Origin: Oopsacas minuta
Taxonomy: Eukaryota > Animalia > Porifera
Length of the DNA: 64,000 nt
Direction of reading: 5' to 3'
Assembly: GCA_024704765.1 (NCBI GenBank)
Contig: JAKMXF010000307.1
Location: forward strand, 1 to 64,000
Part shown: one piece after another, positions 21,634 through 34,929 of the stretch
Layout of the letters: the number at the start of each line of letters is the position of its first letter
Position numbering within the stretch: position 1 is the first letter of the stretch
Notes under the pieces: model-generated
Seen by the model: the letters and a program-made list of their open reading frames with translations, nothing else
What the model was told of the DNA's origin: nothing
The model's database searches: none
Made by a program: the position numbers and the translations under genes

Positions 21634-23500
21634 ATGTCTTCAGAAAGCCTCGAACTGGAAGAAATATTCAAGCGATATCTGTTCAAACCATATGATGAAT
21701 GCAAGAGTATCTCATACCAACAGTGAATACTATAAAATCATTGACAGTCTGAAATCAGCCTCTGCTCTCGGTCATAGGGGAAGTAGGACAGATATAATCT
21801 TCTTACTAAGTATTTTAGTTAGGTTATTTAAGTTTCTCGCAAATAACGTTAGTTGGGAACTACTGAAATGAAGATCAATCATGAAATAATAATTTGCAAT
21901 GTCTCCATTTTTAAAGGTGTTTAACTTTTTATCTGAGAGCATAGAGAAGAAATTTTTAAAACACCATAATTATTATTTATTTGCTATATTCGGCAGAAAT
22001 TTTATTTTAGATATGCGATACTCCAATGTGGTGATCTAGAAAAGCTTGTCAAGAAACGTACTCCCCTGGATGATTCCCCCTTTATTATGTTACTCTCGAG
22101 GATACCTTTGATGTCTTTAAACGCCTTCTGTTGCGACGGGAAATGGTGGTCAGAACCGAATGATCAAAGAACTGCAACTAAAGTATATCAACATCACCAC
22201 TAAATCCCTGTGCGAGGAGTGCCAAATGGAAAGGAAGAGACCTATAACAAAAGGTGTTGTTGTACGTCTCATAGTTTCCAAGGAGTACTCATCTAGGAGT
22301 CAAGTTGATCTAAAAGATATGGAAGCTATGCCTCATTCACAAAACAAATGGAACTTGGTTTACCAGGACCATCTTACCAAGTTTTATGTTCTCAAACCTC
22401 TCACAACAAAGCGTGCAGCTGAAGTGGCATTTCAACTTGTAGACATTTTTGCTTATGGGTGCACCAGCCATTCTTCAGAGTGATAATGGCTCAGAATTTA
22501 CACCAGTGTAATTACAGATATGAAACAAGTGTGGCTAAAACTAGTTCTGGTTCATGGAAAGCCGCGCCACCCACAAAGTCAAGGTTCTGTGGAACGCGCA
22601 AATGAAGACAAAGGATATGCTTGTTGCCTGGCGTGCAGACAACAGAACGCATAATTGGACTATTCCAAAAGAATTCCGCTTTTCATTTTGGAATAAGTGC
22701 TCCCCTTATTCGCCCAAGATTGGATGTGAGCCACATGTGGGCCTAACTTCACTGTCTCTTCCATCAGAGGTGATAAACACCCTACAAAGTGAAGATGATT
22801 TGACTGCTATTGTTGCGACTTACCCACAGCTTCGACTGATAATTTAATCACTCCAGTTACTATCACATCAGTGCAACCCTGTAATACTAGTATCACTTCG
22901 ATGCAACTCGGCAATAAGATTACTCAAGAACAACACTTGGATGCCGGGAATGAATTTGAAGAAGTCATTTCTATTGGAACTCCCTTACAAATTATTGAAA
23001 GAAATACAGCCCAGATCATGTTAAATAGGGAAATGCACGCACACCACAAATTTTTCAGGCTGAAAGAATGGTGAAGGGTAGCCGACTTGAGCTTCAAGCT
23101 GGGATAGTTGAAGATAATGTAGTTCTTCCAATTCCAACAGTAGATTTGGGATAAGGGATGCCCGAAATATTCTTGGCGTAATCATAAAAAGAGACCTGAA
23201 AACAGACCAGTATACTATTGGTGTAAGATGGTATTGAAAGAGCAATACTCAAGAATTCAGTTTGACCTTTGTCCTCAACGCTTGTTATTAACAACCAGCA
23301 TCAATACTGAGATCACAGTGTCACTGTGTTCAGTCGTCTTCGCTCGGTCAGCTTCTGGTGGGTAATGTTTTGCTAAATGCAATTCTAATTGTCCGAGCTA
23401 GTTTGAATCGAACAGATGTAAGTGCTACAAAGCAAAATTTAAGTGTAATTCTCGGTGCAACGGAAGTCTCACTTGTGCAAACAAAAGATTTCTTAACATT
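21634..23500 (+). pseudogene. Ginger2 integrase pseudogene (KRBA2/SCAND3-like rve, C-terminal CXC), probable intron at about 21811-22010
   Basis: CEECQ, SRSQVDL, LVYQDHLTKF, PAILQSDNGSEF, HGKPRHPQSQGSVERAN, CNSNC..NRCKCYKAKFKCNSRC. A GT..AG-bounded AT-rich gap precedes YAILQCGDLEKLVKKR. Confidence 0.88.
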
Positions 23501-24340
23501 TCGTCATTTTGTTGTGCTCACTAGGAAAAATGCAGTATTGTACCTCTTACTACATTAGTGTTTAGTAAATTAGTGAAATAACTAGGTCTATAATTAGGAA
23601 TTTCGTGAATTTCCTAATTATTTCAGTAAATTCATGAACTCTCTGAGTGAATTAGTAATTACATGGATTTTGTGAAATCATTGATTTCACTATCTTACTG
23701 TAACATATACACGTACAGATTTATGGCGTTTTATTAGTATAGATATAGGTCAGCTCTGCTAGAGCACTCTTTTCGCTCATATTAGTGGTGCGTATAATGC
23801 AATATGTGATATGATGGTTGTATATATTGTTTTTGGTTTCTTGTTGATAAGAATTTTGTTTCGATTAATTTATTAGGCCTCCTACTTATGGTTGTGTTAT
23901 TTTGTAATTTACTGTGGACCTGAGTTTCTATATAGCATTTAGTCTTTTTTGACCATTGTGATTCACTGGCATAGTTGTTAACATTGTCTAATAGCCTGCT
24001 GACCTGGGTTTTCAATCCCTCTCCTGTCTTTACTTTTCGATTGTGAATTACCTGAATTTAAATATCATCATTTGATTCATCATATTACTTCTGATTTCAT
24101 TATACTTACTACTAATATTGGCGAAACTGTGCTCTAGTAGCGTTGAGCTTTATATAGTATATCTTTAACGCTAGCGTTACACTTATTATTCTAGTTATAT
24201 CGAGAAAAGTCGTGTAGACTTTCACTTGGTGTTTTCTTTGTTAGCAGTTCTCTTAGTTGCAACAGCATCCCGTATGTTAAAATGAGTTATTTTGTCCCTT
24301 ACATCAAAATTTCTCTACTCAAGTTATAGATCCCCGTCAG

Positions 24341-24491
24341 GTAGATGTCGCCAGAACAGAATCTGAATTTCACCAGGCTTAGAAATCATGACAAATTACC
24401 AACAGCTTTCAATTGGCTATAACTACGAGTTGGTAGTTTTCGTGATTTCAAGAATTTTATGAAAATAAGTTTGAGCTCTAGTGACATCTAC
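24341..24491. repeat. Imperfect about 150-bp palindrome
   Basis: gtagatgtcgccagaac pairs with gctctagtgacatctac; inner arms aaatcatgacaaattaccaac and gttggtagttttcgtgattt. Confidence 0.6.
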
Positions 24492-24599
24492 TGTGTGCAT
24501 CCATTGTCATGTCCGTATTTTCACTTTGTAGGATATACAATAAAAAGTTTATATTCATGACAAAACAATGTGGGGGTTTATTCGATTTTGCAAAGAAAA

Positions 24600-27500
24600 A
24601 CTTAAGTATATGTCGTGCCGAATTAATCAGAAATTTCTATCAAATATTTATGAAAATTCGAGCAATCTGATATCCCATCCCCCCGAGCATAAAACTGCCC
24701 ATCCGCATATGGACACAGCCTGTTGCATTTTGTAAGAAGTAACTAATTGGAACTAAAGTAAGAGACAATGTTACAAGCACATCAGATGGGAGAGAAAAAG
24801 CGAATAGCTGCAACACGAATTGTTGACCATGAGCTTTTAGCAAAATTATTAGAGCACGAATGTGACTTTGGTAATCATTGTAATCCCTGTTAAGCAATAT
24901 CTATTCGTCTTGCTGATCGTAGAAAATGCAAATCGCACAAATCGTCAGTAAGTCCAAGTTCTACGCCCAATACAAGTTCATAAATGAAACTGGAACTTTC
25001 AAGTAGAAGCGAATGAAAAAATCCATTGAAGACAAATGTATTTTTAACTAAAAATCTAAATCCAGTGATTGCAAACTTTAAAGAATTTGCACAATGGTTA
25101 GAGCGAGATCATTTTTGACTGCAATAAATTTAATTATGAATAGTGTGTATGATAGATGCTCAATGTATAGCTCTGAAGGGGACACATTTACAGCGGACAA
25201 TAAGATTTGCAGTGCGTACATGAGCACATATTTATTGAATTACCAAAGACGAGTGGAATGAGTAATGCAAAATCTAGCAATTGAGAAGGCGAATGTAGTG
25301 AAAGATAATCCTGTGTAACTGTCCTTTTCGGCTTTAATTAAACATATTGATGTTAAAAGACGAGGGCATTCCATTTCGTATTCAGAGTGGAACATGTGTT
25401 AATTCATCATTTATAACGGTTCATTGACACAAGATGCCATGACTTGTGGCTCTTCGGAAGCCTTGCTCGGGAGATAAAAATCGTTTACATTTACATATAC
25501 ATATCCTGGGAATATTTGACATGGATATCCATGGATATTACTGAAACCTGAATATACATGGATATTGAAGGATGAATATACTAACATGTCAAGTCATTGC
25601 AACTTTGGAAATAAAGGATACTCTATAAAAGCAACCGAGAAACTACAAGATGACTGGGATATGGAAGCCGATAGTCGAGACTGGGATAATGGACTTAGTT
25701 GCTGAAAAAGCAAAGTATCATCTGAAATGTAAATTGGCATTTGGAAGAGACAGGAGTAAGAATAGTTATATATCAGTTATCTATGATAACTAGATTATTG
25801 AATTCGTAGTTATCCGCAAGGACGACAAAGAGATGACGAGATGTTGTATTTGAGAAATTGTGTGACTAGTTAAAGGACGAAGCAATCCTATAATGAACTT
25901 AATCGGTACAAGCATGACCAGGGGTGTAGTGTAGGGGGAGCGTGCTCCCCCCACTACAAATCAAGGGGAGGCGCTCCCTGACTTTAACTTGATTATTGAT
26001 ATTTCATTATAATAAAGGTAGATTAAGTTTTTCGGAGTTTTCCTTCTTTCGTACTCTAGTCAACTCCGCTTAATAGGATAACATCGGCACCAGGCCATTT
26101 CCAACCATTTAAGCGAATTAAACGTATTGGCCCGGTCTAAGAAATTATTTAACATCGCACTGCGCTGTTTTGGCCAAGTGATCCTACCAACAGTGTGGCA
26201 ATTTAGCATATTCTAGACCATTATAACAACGGTGCAATTGGGCTTTGCCAAACTGTCTCTCAATAATTAATGGCCTCTACACCTACAGGTATGTGAAATT
26301 CCATAAACACTATTTCAGTATTTTCAACTTCTCAGGGATGTGGCGAAGAGTAGTAAAAGGGACCTAGAATTCAATTCTGAGGCTTTTAGACGATTATTTA
26401 ATATAGAGTGTGAGGCAAGACTGGATTGCGGAGTCCACTGTCACATCAGCACCGAAGAAGGACAACGTTATTTGGAAGTATTTTTAGTTTATATTACTCG
26501 TAATGTGGGTTACAACATGTTTCGTTGATATTAAATAACTTTGTTTTACCAATTTTTGCGTAATATTTTCTTTTATAAGCGCTCCATACACTAGAAATTT
26601 GAGTACTACACCCCTGACAATAGCTATTTAGTGGAAATGTCAGACTTGGAAATTGAAGATCCATCTAGAGAACTACAGCGTTGTGAAGGAGAAATTCAGA
26701 AGAAAGGTGACCTGCCAAGTCTCTGTGAGGGAATTATTACTCTACATATTTCCAAGTTTGGGAGGCTTTCATTTGCTAAAAATTTATCATGGATCAATTT
26801 GTGCGATTAGGTCAGGTTCGGGACTGGAGAATGTGTAGAGTTTATAAAGGACGTTCCACAGTTCAACATATAATTTCAGGTAGTGCCTATGCAAAACCAA
26901 TTTGAGCCCATCTGTTAGTTGATTCAGCATTATGCGTTATTGGTCTTTCATTGAAGACGATTTAGACGACATCAAATTATTCATGAGATGAATGAACAGA
27001 ATACCAATAAAACATGACTTCTTAAAGTTTTAGAGATTAAAGTAAATGAGACATTTAAAAGTATTCATAATATTGTATACGAGCTGAGAGAACCCACAAC
27101 TGGGAGCTACACATGTAATGTGTAGGTAAACATGTTGGATACATTTCGTAGTAGCATGGCATGGAAAGTATGCTAAAAGAGGCCGGCTATATCTCGTGGA
27201 CATGGTAGAGAGTAATGATATCTATAAAGAAATTTTGAAGAGTTTACTAATCATGAATACAATACAGTTAGATGCTCTGGCTATAAATTGTCTGGTGCTT
27301 GGTCGGATTTGTGCTTTGAACATTGATTAAAGATATAAGTCCTAGGTGGTTTACACGGAGGGAGATCTCGTAATCAAGAGCCAGCCTACAATTTATGGGC
27401 AGGTACTTTAAATAATTTTTCTGAAGTAACGATGAAATGAAAATTGCATCTTCTCATGAATTGAGGGGAATTAATTTATCAACGCAGACCTTGCTCATGT

Positions 27501-28600
27501 TAAGACCACATTACATTAGTCAAAGCAATTAACTGTTTCGAGGACAACGACCCATTACTGAATCACGTGATAAGGATACTTTGGTATCCTTTTCAGCGGG
27601 GTTGATAAGTACCAAAAATGATTGTGTAAATTCTAAGATGGCTCAACACATTAAGGTAAAATGCAGAAGATGTTGGATGGGAAGACGGGTGCTGATACAC
27701 TACAACTCAGTTTAAAAATAAAGCCTTTACGAGACCTCAAAATGGGGATGGTAGCTAATGAAAAGATATTAATATTTTCAACAAACCACAATAACAGAAA
27801 ACTGAATAGTCTAGTTTGAAAAATTCTTGGAATACCTTGTTACAGTTATAGAGGGAGATTGCTATTGTGCCAGATCTACTAGAACCCTTCGAACAACGTA
27901 TCGTGAATCGCAAACTTGTCTCTGAGCTAAGTAGAAGGTTCTCAGAATTCGGGTAAGACTGTTATTGTCCCAAAGATCCCGAAATAGTCAACTTACCAAG
28001 GTCTTTGTGGAAATATCAAGATAGGTCCTGATAAGACCGGAATCATCTCAAAAAAACGATTATTCAACAACCTCCATAACAAGGTTAATTAATCTTTGTC
28101 AAAAATATTCTTGGAAAATGGAATTTGCTTTCATCAAGCAAGGGATGATGTTGATATGCTGATAGTTCGAACCACATCGGACTTATCGTCAATGGTCCAA
28201 TCAATTTAAGCTATGGGCACTGACATTTTGGTGTTGTTGGTACATCACTGCAGGGATTACAAAAATCCAATATGCCTAGCATTAGGTTCTAGGACATATT
28301 AGGTCCGAGATATCAGAAATGATTGACCCAATTTCAGAAGAGTGGCTTTGTATATATTTACAGGATTACACGTTTACAGGTTGTGACACAGTATTGCCAA
28401 TATACGGGTATGGAAAAGAAAATTATTTTGTAAAACTCACCAGCAGTTTTCTGTAATTCAATAAGGGCCTTTAACTGTCTGCAGTCTAGTGAAGGTTCAA
28501 TCAAAAATTCTGGTATATAAATTTAGGGTTACGTGTATAGCGGTAGATGGGCACTCCACTACATGTACAACACTTCACAATGGGTTCCTCTTCGTGTCTC
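24600..28600 (+). pseudogene. Heavily decayed AcademX-like transposase (transposase core + XPG/FEN1-like domain)
   Basis: Scattered motifs: SLGGFHLLK..GSGLENV, STVQHIISGSAYAK..AHLLVDSAL, HGKYAKRGRLYLVDM, GAWSDLCFE..GGFTRG, RDDVDMLIV..GTDILVLLVHH, TFTGCDTV..YGYGK. The family name comes from recalled motif architecture. Confidence 0.6.
25919..26616. mobile_element. MITE with 12-bp TIR (hAT-like ends) inserted in the Academ-like remnant
   Basis: CAGGGGTGTAGT ... ACTACACCCCTG. The 8-bp flanks match only 4/8. Confidence 0.65.
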
Positions 28601-29064
28601 TTCGTGTATATTACACAATCAGTATATTGCCCTATAAGATTTCTTGAACTGTCCTACTATTGTCTAAACACCTGAATGTACATACATATATTACGTATAC
28701 TACTTGCATCATCCACTTCCAAATATTTATTTAACATTTATGAGCCACCTTTCAACAATGTAATTGAATTATTGACACGAAAAAGATAAGCCTGTCCCCC
28801 AAGAGGATACTCTATCACTTACCACATTAATCAATAACATATACAGAAAATGTATTATCTCATCGTCCTATCCTGAGATCCTGCAACTGGTTCCCCTATG
28901 CCAAATTATGTTCTGTACTTTGTACAAGATACCTTAATTATCCATATATGTAAATATTCATAGCAAACGGAAACATAAAATTATGGGATACAATAACATT
29001 CACCGATTTCGTTGACGAAAGATGGTCACGGAAATCATAGTGTTAAAGATAAATTGGTCTTAGA

Positions 29065-30370
29065 AAGGGTGTCTAATAAGTTCTGTTATATATCAATTCC
29101 CCAATTATTTCAAATTTATCTATTGCAAAGCCATGAAACTTTCTATTTTCTTAGGACTTATGTTCCTAATTACACATTACAAATATCATTCAATATAGCC
29201 TCCCGTTTTATGAATTACGGAAGTTAGTCTGCCCCAAAACTGATGGACAGCTTTTCGTAGCTCCTCCTGTGGGATTTTCTGCCATTCACTCAACAAACTA
29301 ACTTTGAGGGACTCCAAACTCTTGTGAGATTTCTCACAGGCCTTGCTCTCCAAGTTTGCCCAAACAGAATAGTCGAGTGGGTTTAAATCTGGGCTTGATG
29401 GTGGCCATTCATCCTTATGAAATCGATCCTGCTCTCGGAACCAACCCTGGGATACTTTTGAAGCATGTGCAGGCGCAGAGTCTTGTTGGTAAGTCCAAGG
29501 ATGGTTTTGAAAGAGCTTCTCACCCGCAGACGCAATTTCAGGCTCCAAGACCAGTTCTCTGTGCGTCTGGGAGTTTGTTTTCACTCCTTGGGGAACAAAA
29601 ATCAGGTGGGTCCGTGAGCCTGCCGACACTCCCGCCCATACTATCAGAGAAAGAGGCTTCTGGACTCTATCAATGTACTTGATGCTATCTGGGACATCTT
29701 GACTTCGAGAAGCAAGTATACGGTCGTTTTGACGATTGCTTACCTCCTCAACCGTGAACAGCTTCTCATTTGAGAAGAGAATCTGATCTTCAGTCCCAGG
29801 AGCGAATCAGGCTTTTAGTTGTATACATCTTTCGAGTCGCTTACGACGTATGGAGTCGTTAAGATGATGTACATTTTTCCTCTTATAGGACTTCATTCCT
29901 AGGTCCTCTACAACCAATTTCCGCATCGTTTCGTGATTGACACAGAATTCACGAGACATTTTTTGCATTGAACGCCGGGGATTTCTTAGGATTCGACATC
30001 TAACACTATTCTTCAGGGCTGGTGTGCGAGCGGATCCTGGACGACCAATTCGTTTCCTGTCGGACACGCTGCCAGTCTCTATATATCGTTTTATTGTGCG
30101 ATAGATCAACATGGGATTCACTTTATCATTTTTTAGCCTTTTTAGAATTTCACTGTTGCTAAATCCAGATTCGTGAAAAGTGACAATTTTTGAACGAATT
30201 TCTTCTAACATGGTTTTCTGGGAAATCATCTATATGAATGATATATACTTGGTATAATTCGAAAGAGCGCCAAAAATGGTACAAGAAAATCTAGAAGATT
30301 ACTTCATAAGTATATTAATAGCTACTGTCTAAGGCGCGAAAATGTATGACAGAACTTATTAGACACCCTG
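29065..30370 (-). mobile_element. maT (DD37D) transposon copy A, pseudogenised
   Basis: TIR (C>A)AGGGTGTCTAATAAGTTCTGT. FSNEKLF, YQQDSAPAH..WPPSSPDLNPLDY; D-to-D spacing is 37 when reconstructed with copy B. Confidence 0.92.
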
Positions 30371-30676
30371 TATTCGTCTCGTTATTATTATGTCACTTTT
30401 GTTTAACTTCGTTATTATCTCACCGACCACATATTTAGTTTAGACACCATACCATTTGGTTATTAAAGGAAAATATAACGAGTTTTAGTAGTTAGAATTC
30501 ACATTTTCATGTTATCTTTACCTAACTTCGATTTCACTTATGGCGTCTGAATTGATTATTGAACGGATGAAGAGCAACAAAAATAAAGCTAAAGCTTCCC
30601 TAATGGGTTACATTTATACCTTAAACGGAGTATCTGATGATCTTTCATTTTGAGTATGTGAAAAACGTGGTGCATA

Positions 30677-32045
30677 CAGGGTGATTCAAAAAAATGCAAC
30701 CCATAATGTTTTACGGGTACCCTATCTTTATTTCTTAACTAATCCTATTTATTCTTTTTGATTATAATTAGTTTGAGTCTAAACGATCAGAAAATGCCAT
30801 ATTGGATACTGCAGCACCGAATTTTCTGCGTGGAGCATTATTTTAATACCTCCTCATACGAGACTGTAAAGACGCAATTTCGTACATCATTCCAGACCCA
30901 AGTTGCTCCCGATAAATCGATGATCTATCGTTGGGTGGAGAAGTTTAGGAAGTATGGGACAGTTCAAAACCTCAATAGTAAGTGTGATGACAGACTAACG
31001 CATTCTGGTCGGAGAAAGAAACGAACAGCAAAAGTTATTGAGATGGTCCGAAATTCTGTTGAATTCAGTCCAAAACGGTCAATCAGGCGGAGGAGTCAAT
31101 CATTGTCATTGGATAGAAAAATATCTGCAAGCACTATCAGGAGGATCCTAATTGATGATCTTAAGAGGTTTCCATATCGTATACAAACAAAACAGATGTT
31201 AACAGCTGGTGATAAGTCCAAAAGGCTTAAAATGTCCGAGAAATTGCTAGAAAAAATTGAATGTCAGGGCCGATTTCTTTCACTACTTTGGATGTCCGAT
31301 GAAGACCACTTTCATCTAGATGGAAAAATCAACTCAAAGACAAACGTGTTCTGGGGAACCCAGAGACCAATGGAAGTTGAAATGAAACCACTACACTCAG
31401 AAAATGCACAGTATGGGCAGCCATTTCGGCGAAAGGGATCATAGGACCATTCTTTTTTTGAAGAAAATGACAGGCCTGTTACAATTACGACAGAACGTTA
31501 TGTCCAGGTCCTTGAGCTCTTCTGGGAGCAGCTCAGAGTCCTCTACCCATCACTTCTAAATCACTTTTGGTTCCAACAAGATGGAGCGAGCTCACACACC
31601 TCAAATTTCTCCAGGGACTGGCTCAAAGAACACTTTGGAGCAAGAGTCATCAGTCTCAAGACGAATTTTGAGTGAGCCCCCTATAGCCCCGACTTAAATC
31701 CTCCTGACTTCTACTTGTGGGGCTATCTTAAAGACCGAGTTTATTCTACTAAGCTTAGAACCATCAGCGAGTTGAAGGAAAACATCAGAGAAGAAATTAG
31801 AAAGATTCCGACCACTGTATGCAAAAATGTCATGAACAACTTGGTGGTACGACTCAAGAAATGTACAGAACTCAAAGGAGGTAATTTGGAACATTTGCTC
31901 TAATTCATAAAATATTGACTGTGGTACGCTGAATTTTTAATATGTACTAAAAATATAGATATTCTACGTATGTTCTGAGTTTGATTAAGAATTGTCTTTA
32001 CTGCAAACATTTACTTTTGGGTTGCATTTTTTTTTAATCACCCGG
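30677..32045 (+). mobile_element. DD41D (rosa/Visitor-type) mariner-like transposon; transposase pseudogene 30758-31903
   Basis: TA|CAGGGTGATTCAAAAAAATGCAACC ... GGTTGCATTTTTTTTTAATCACCCGG|TA. LWMSDEDHFHLDG; FQQDG..41 residues..PPDFYLWG. Confidence 0.92.
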
Positions 32046-33819
32046 TACATAGCAAGAATACATACGAGGAATGATTTTATAGTCAAGCCTATGGTAGTGT
32101 CTGAAATTCAACAAGCTCACGCATATACGCCTTCACATAAACGTGTACAGATGCTAAAGGATTATACGAAAAATGAAAGCGATAGCATCTAATTTTGAGC
32201 AAAGCACTAGAGGTATATTAGCTACAGGTATAGGAGAAATGAATCCATGTACTGTAAACAAATCGACAAAATTGGAGTCTATGAAACGAACAATTCGAAT
32301 TTATAAAGCATAAGTATTGAAAATTGTGGCAATCCTACTTGTGCAGCTGAAATTGTCATCCCTGAAAAATACACAAAATCTTTGAAGGGCGAACCTTGTT
32401 TACTTATGACTCAGGGTTTGGGGATGAGAAAAGGATCATTATACATGGCACACTTAAATTTATTGATTTACTAAAAAAATGCGACAGCTGGTTTTGCGAC
32501 GGAACATTTACTGTCGTTCCAGCTATGTTTACACAACTGTATACTATCCATGCAGAAAAAGATGAAGTAATTTTACCTACATTTATGCGCTGCTTCCAAA
32601 TAAAACCGAAAAATTTATGAAAGACTCTTTAAGAAATTATTAGAAATTGAGCCATCTTTAAACCCTTGTACGATTATGATCGATTTTGAAAAGGTCGCAC
32701 TTAATGCACTTGAGGAGAATTTTATTTCTGTTATCACGGATGCTTTTTCACCTCTGGAAAAATATATTCAGACACACTCAAGAACAAGGATTGATTATAC
32801 GATATCACGAGGATGATGATTTCGCTATTAGAATTAAGATGCTTGCTAGTTTGGCGTTTGTTCCAGAAATCGACGTTATTGATTGTTTCATTATTTTAAT
32901 GCAACAATTTCCTGAAGAGGTTATTGAAATAGCTAAGTATTTTGAAAAACATATATAGGAAAAGTATTGCCCGATATGACTAGAAGAACGCCAATATTCC
33001 CAATTAGAAATTGGAATCTTCACACAATAATTAACAGTCATCTTGCAAGGACAAATAATAGCGTTGAGGGTTGGCACAATGCCTTCTAATCAATGATAGT
33101 TGGCTCGCATCCAAGTTTTGCAAACTCTTTATGTTTCTTCAAAGGGAACAGTTTATGCAAGAAGCAGTGTTTAAAAAATGGGAATGTGGAGAGGTAAAGA
33201 AAAGTTCTAAATCTACCATTGCACATACTAATCACTCTATTATCCCTTCTCGCCGATTGTGAATCTCGGGAAACCTTGTCATTTCTGAAGGGAATTGCTT
33301 ATAATTTCGAATTTTAAGGCATATTATGTTCAACATTGTTTATTTCTTCATCGTTTACTTCATGCATTATTTCACTCTCTAATATGTTTGTATTCAGCAG
33401 AAAAAACAAAACTCAAATCACCGTCTGTGCCACATACATATTCCCAAATTAATTTTAGTGGATTATTGAAACAATTTTATTCAACTAAATATCCACTAAG
33501 CAAAGAAAGGTAAAATTGAATTTTCCTAATATTGCAAGACATTTTTGGAAATGTTCACCAAAAGGTGTAAAATATGATTAATTATATGATAAATCAGTAT
33601 ATAAATATATAATAAAATGTATCGACAATAGAACTACAGTCTACAATCAATACAAATACATTACAGTGCTAATTAAATTACATTCCCCGCGACCATCTTT
33701 CCGCCATTCCGCCGATTTGCATACATCGATAAGATGAGCTCTCTCCATTCAAACTTTCCATAAGAAATAATGTAAGCACAATTAAAAATTACTTGAACAA
33801 ATGTTTCCATTATCTAATT

Positions 33820-34619
33820 CACATAGAGTTTTCAACCCCAGGGGGGGCGCGAAGGCTTTCTAGTTGGGTCGCAAAAGGTTCAGATAATTTACATAACACC
33901 ATTAATATTTACCGATTAACAAGTCAAAAATTGTTTAAATTATCAACTTTTAGCTGATTTCAAAATGCATTGTCAGTCTATTGCGTGTGCATTGCTATGT
34001 GCAATGTACATGCTATATACGCGCAATGTGCTTTCACCGCATGTACAATGGTTGTACTTACGTATATATGACATTAGTATTGTATTTCATGACGATACTG
34101 GCATCATAGCATTGGAACTTAAGGTGGCTAGATTTAATTTAAACAATAGAAAACATTAGGAATCATTTCCATACTGACTATACATGGATATTTCACAAGT
34201 TAAGTCTATAAATACTCCAATTAGGTATATTTTGTTTACGTATATCCCTTGACATTTCTCATTTTATCTTAGTACTCAATTTTACGAAATCCAGCTTTCA
34301 AAAGCAACTGTTAAGATGGCTGGAAAAGCAACATTAAAACGCGAACTTACTCCGAAGGCCATTTAAAATTGTTGAACATGATTTGAGATGCTGTCTTTCT
34401 AAACTGAGCCAAGAATTTCTCAACCTGTTGAAAAAAGAAAACAGTTTCAACCTTGACATTAAGCATATAAATGAAAATTTCATTCATAATTATGTATGTG
34501 TGATTGAATGTCATATTAAGTACAAACTCTAATAAAAAATTCGTTTCGTTATTAGGTGGGTCGTGAGTATTCCCACAACTATAAGTAGGGGCGTAAGGTG
34601 GAAAAGGTTGAAAACCCTG
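33820..34619 (+). mobile_element. Internally deleted hAT (Charlie/Buster-like) derivative
   Basis: Ends gagttttcaacc and ggttgaaaaccctg; 8-bp TSD atctaatt/atctaata. Retains the transposase C-terminus (VEHDLRCCLSKL..KQFQP). Confidence 0.75.
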
Positions 34620-34929
34620 ATCTAATATATATTACAAACTTACCATTGATGATAAGCCTCCAGTGAGAAAATTCCTCCTCAAATTGAGTTCCATTTGAGG
34701 ATTATAAATCATGAAAGGGAAAATTTTCACTCCTAATACATCTAATGAAGCACATACTATTAAAATTGTATAAATAAACATGTGAAACCACATAGATTTT
34801 CCGATTCTGATATTCTGACCCTCATTAGATGTACAAGTGGAAAAATTATCCCCTCCAGTATCCATGATTCGAATATGAATACCTATTGAACTAAAGCATT
34901 TCTTTGGGGTGTAGTCTTAGGCAAAACAG

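Larger units (their letters stand above)
19837..23705 (+). mobile_element. Ginger2/GIN-type DNA transposon (retroviral-like integrase)
   Basis: TATA|TGTTACAGTAAGATAGTGAAATC...GATTTCACTATCTTACTGTAACA|TATA (TGT..ACA ends, 4-bp TSD). TIRs are about 165 bp and the left one is split by a Tc1. Confidence 0.9.
28990..33720 (+). mobile_element. MULE copy 2 (transposase pseudogene about 30540-33290) hosting maT and DD41D insertions
   Basis: MASELII..GYIYTL..CEKRGA|ARIHT (FLYWCH-like, split at TA by 30677-32045), WFCDGTFTVVPAMFTQLYTIH, IMIDFEKVALNAL, CFFHL, KMLASLAFVP, RTNNSVEGWHN. End motif gaaagatggtc(a/g)cgg is inverted between about 29008 and 33690; boundaries approximate. Confidence 0.8.

Noticed and set aside
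10714-23500. Host genes ZBED5, THAP9 or KRBA2/SCAND3
   Set aside because: The matching sequences are broken by stops and frameshifts and lie within TIR-bounded elements, so they are transposon relatives and no symbols were assigned.
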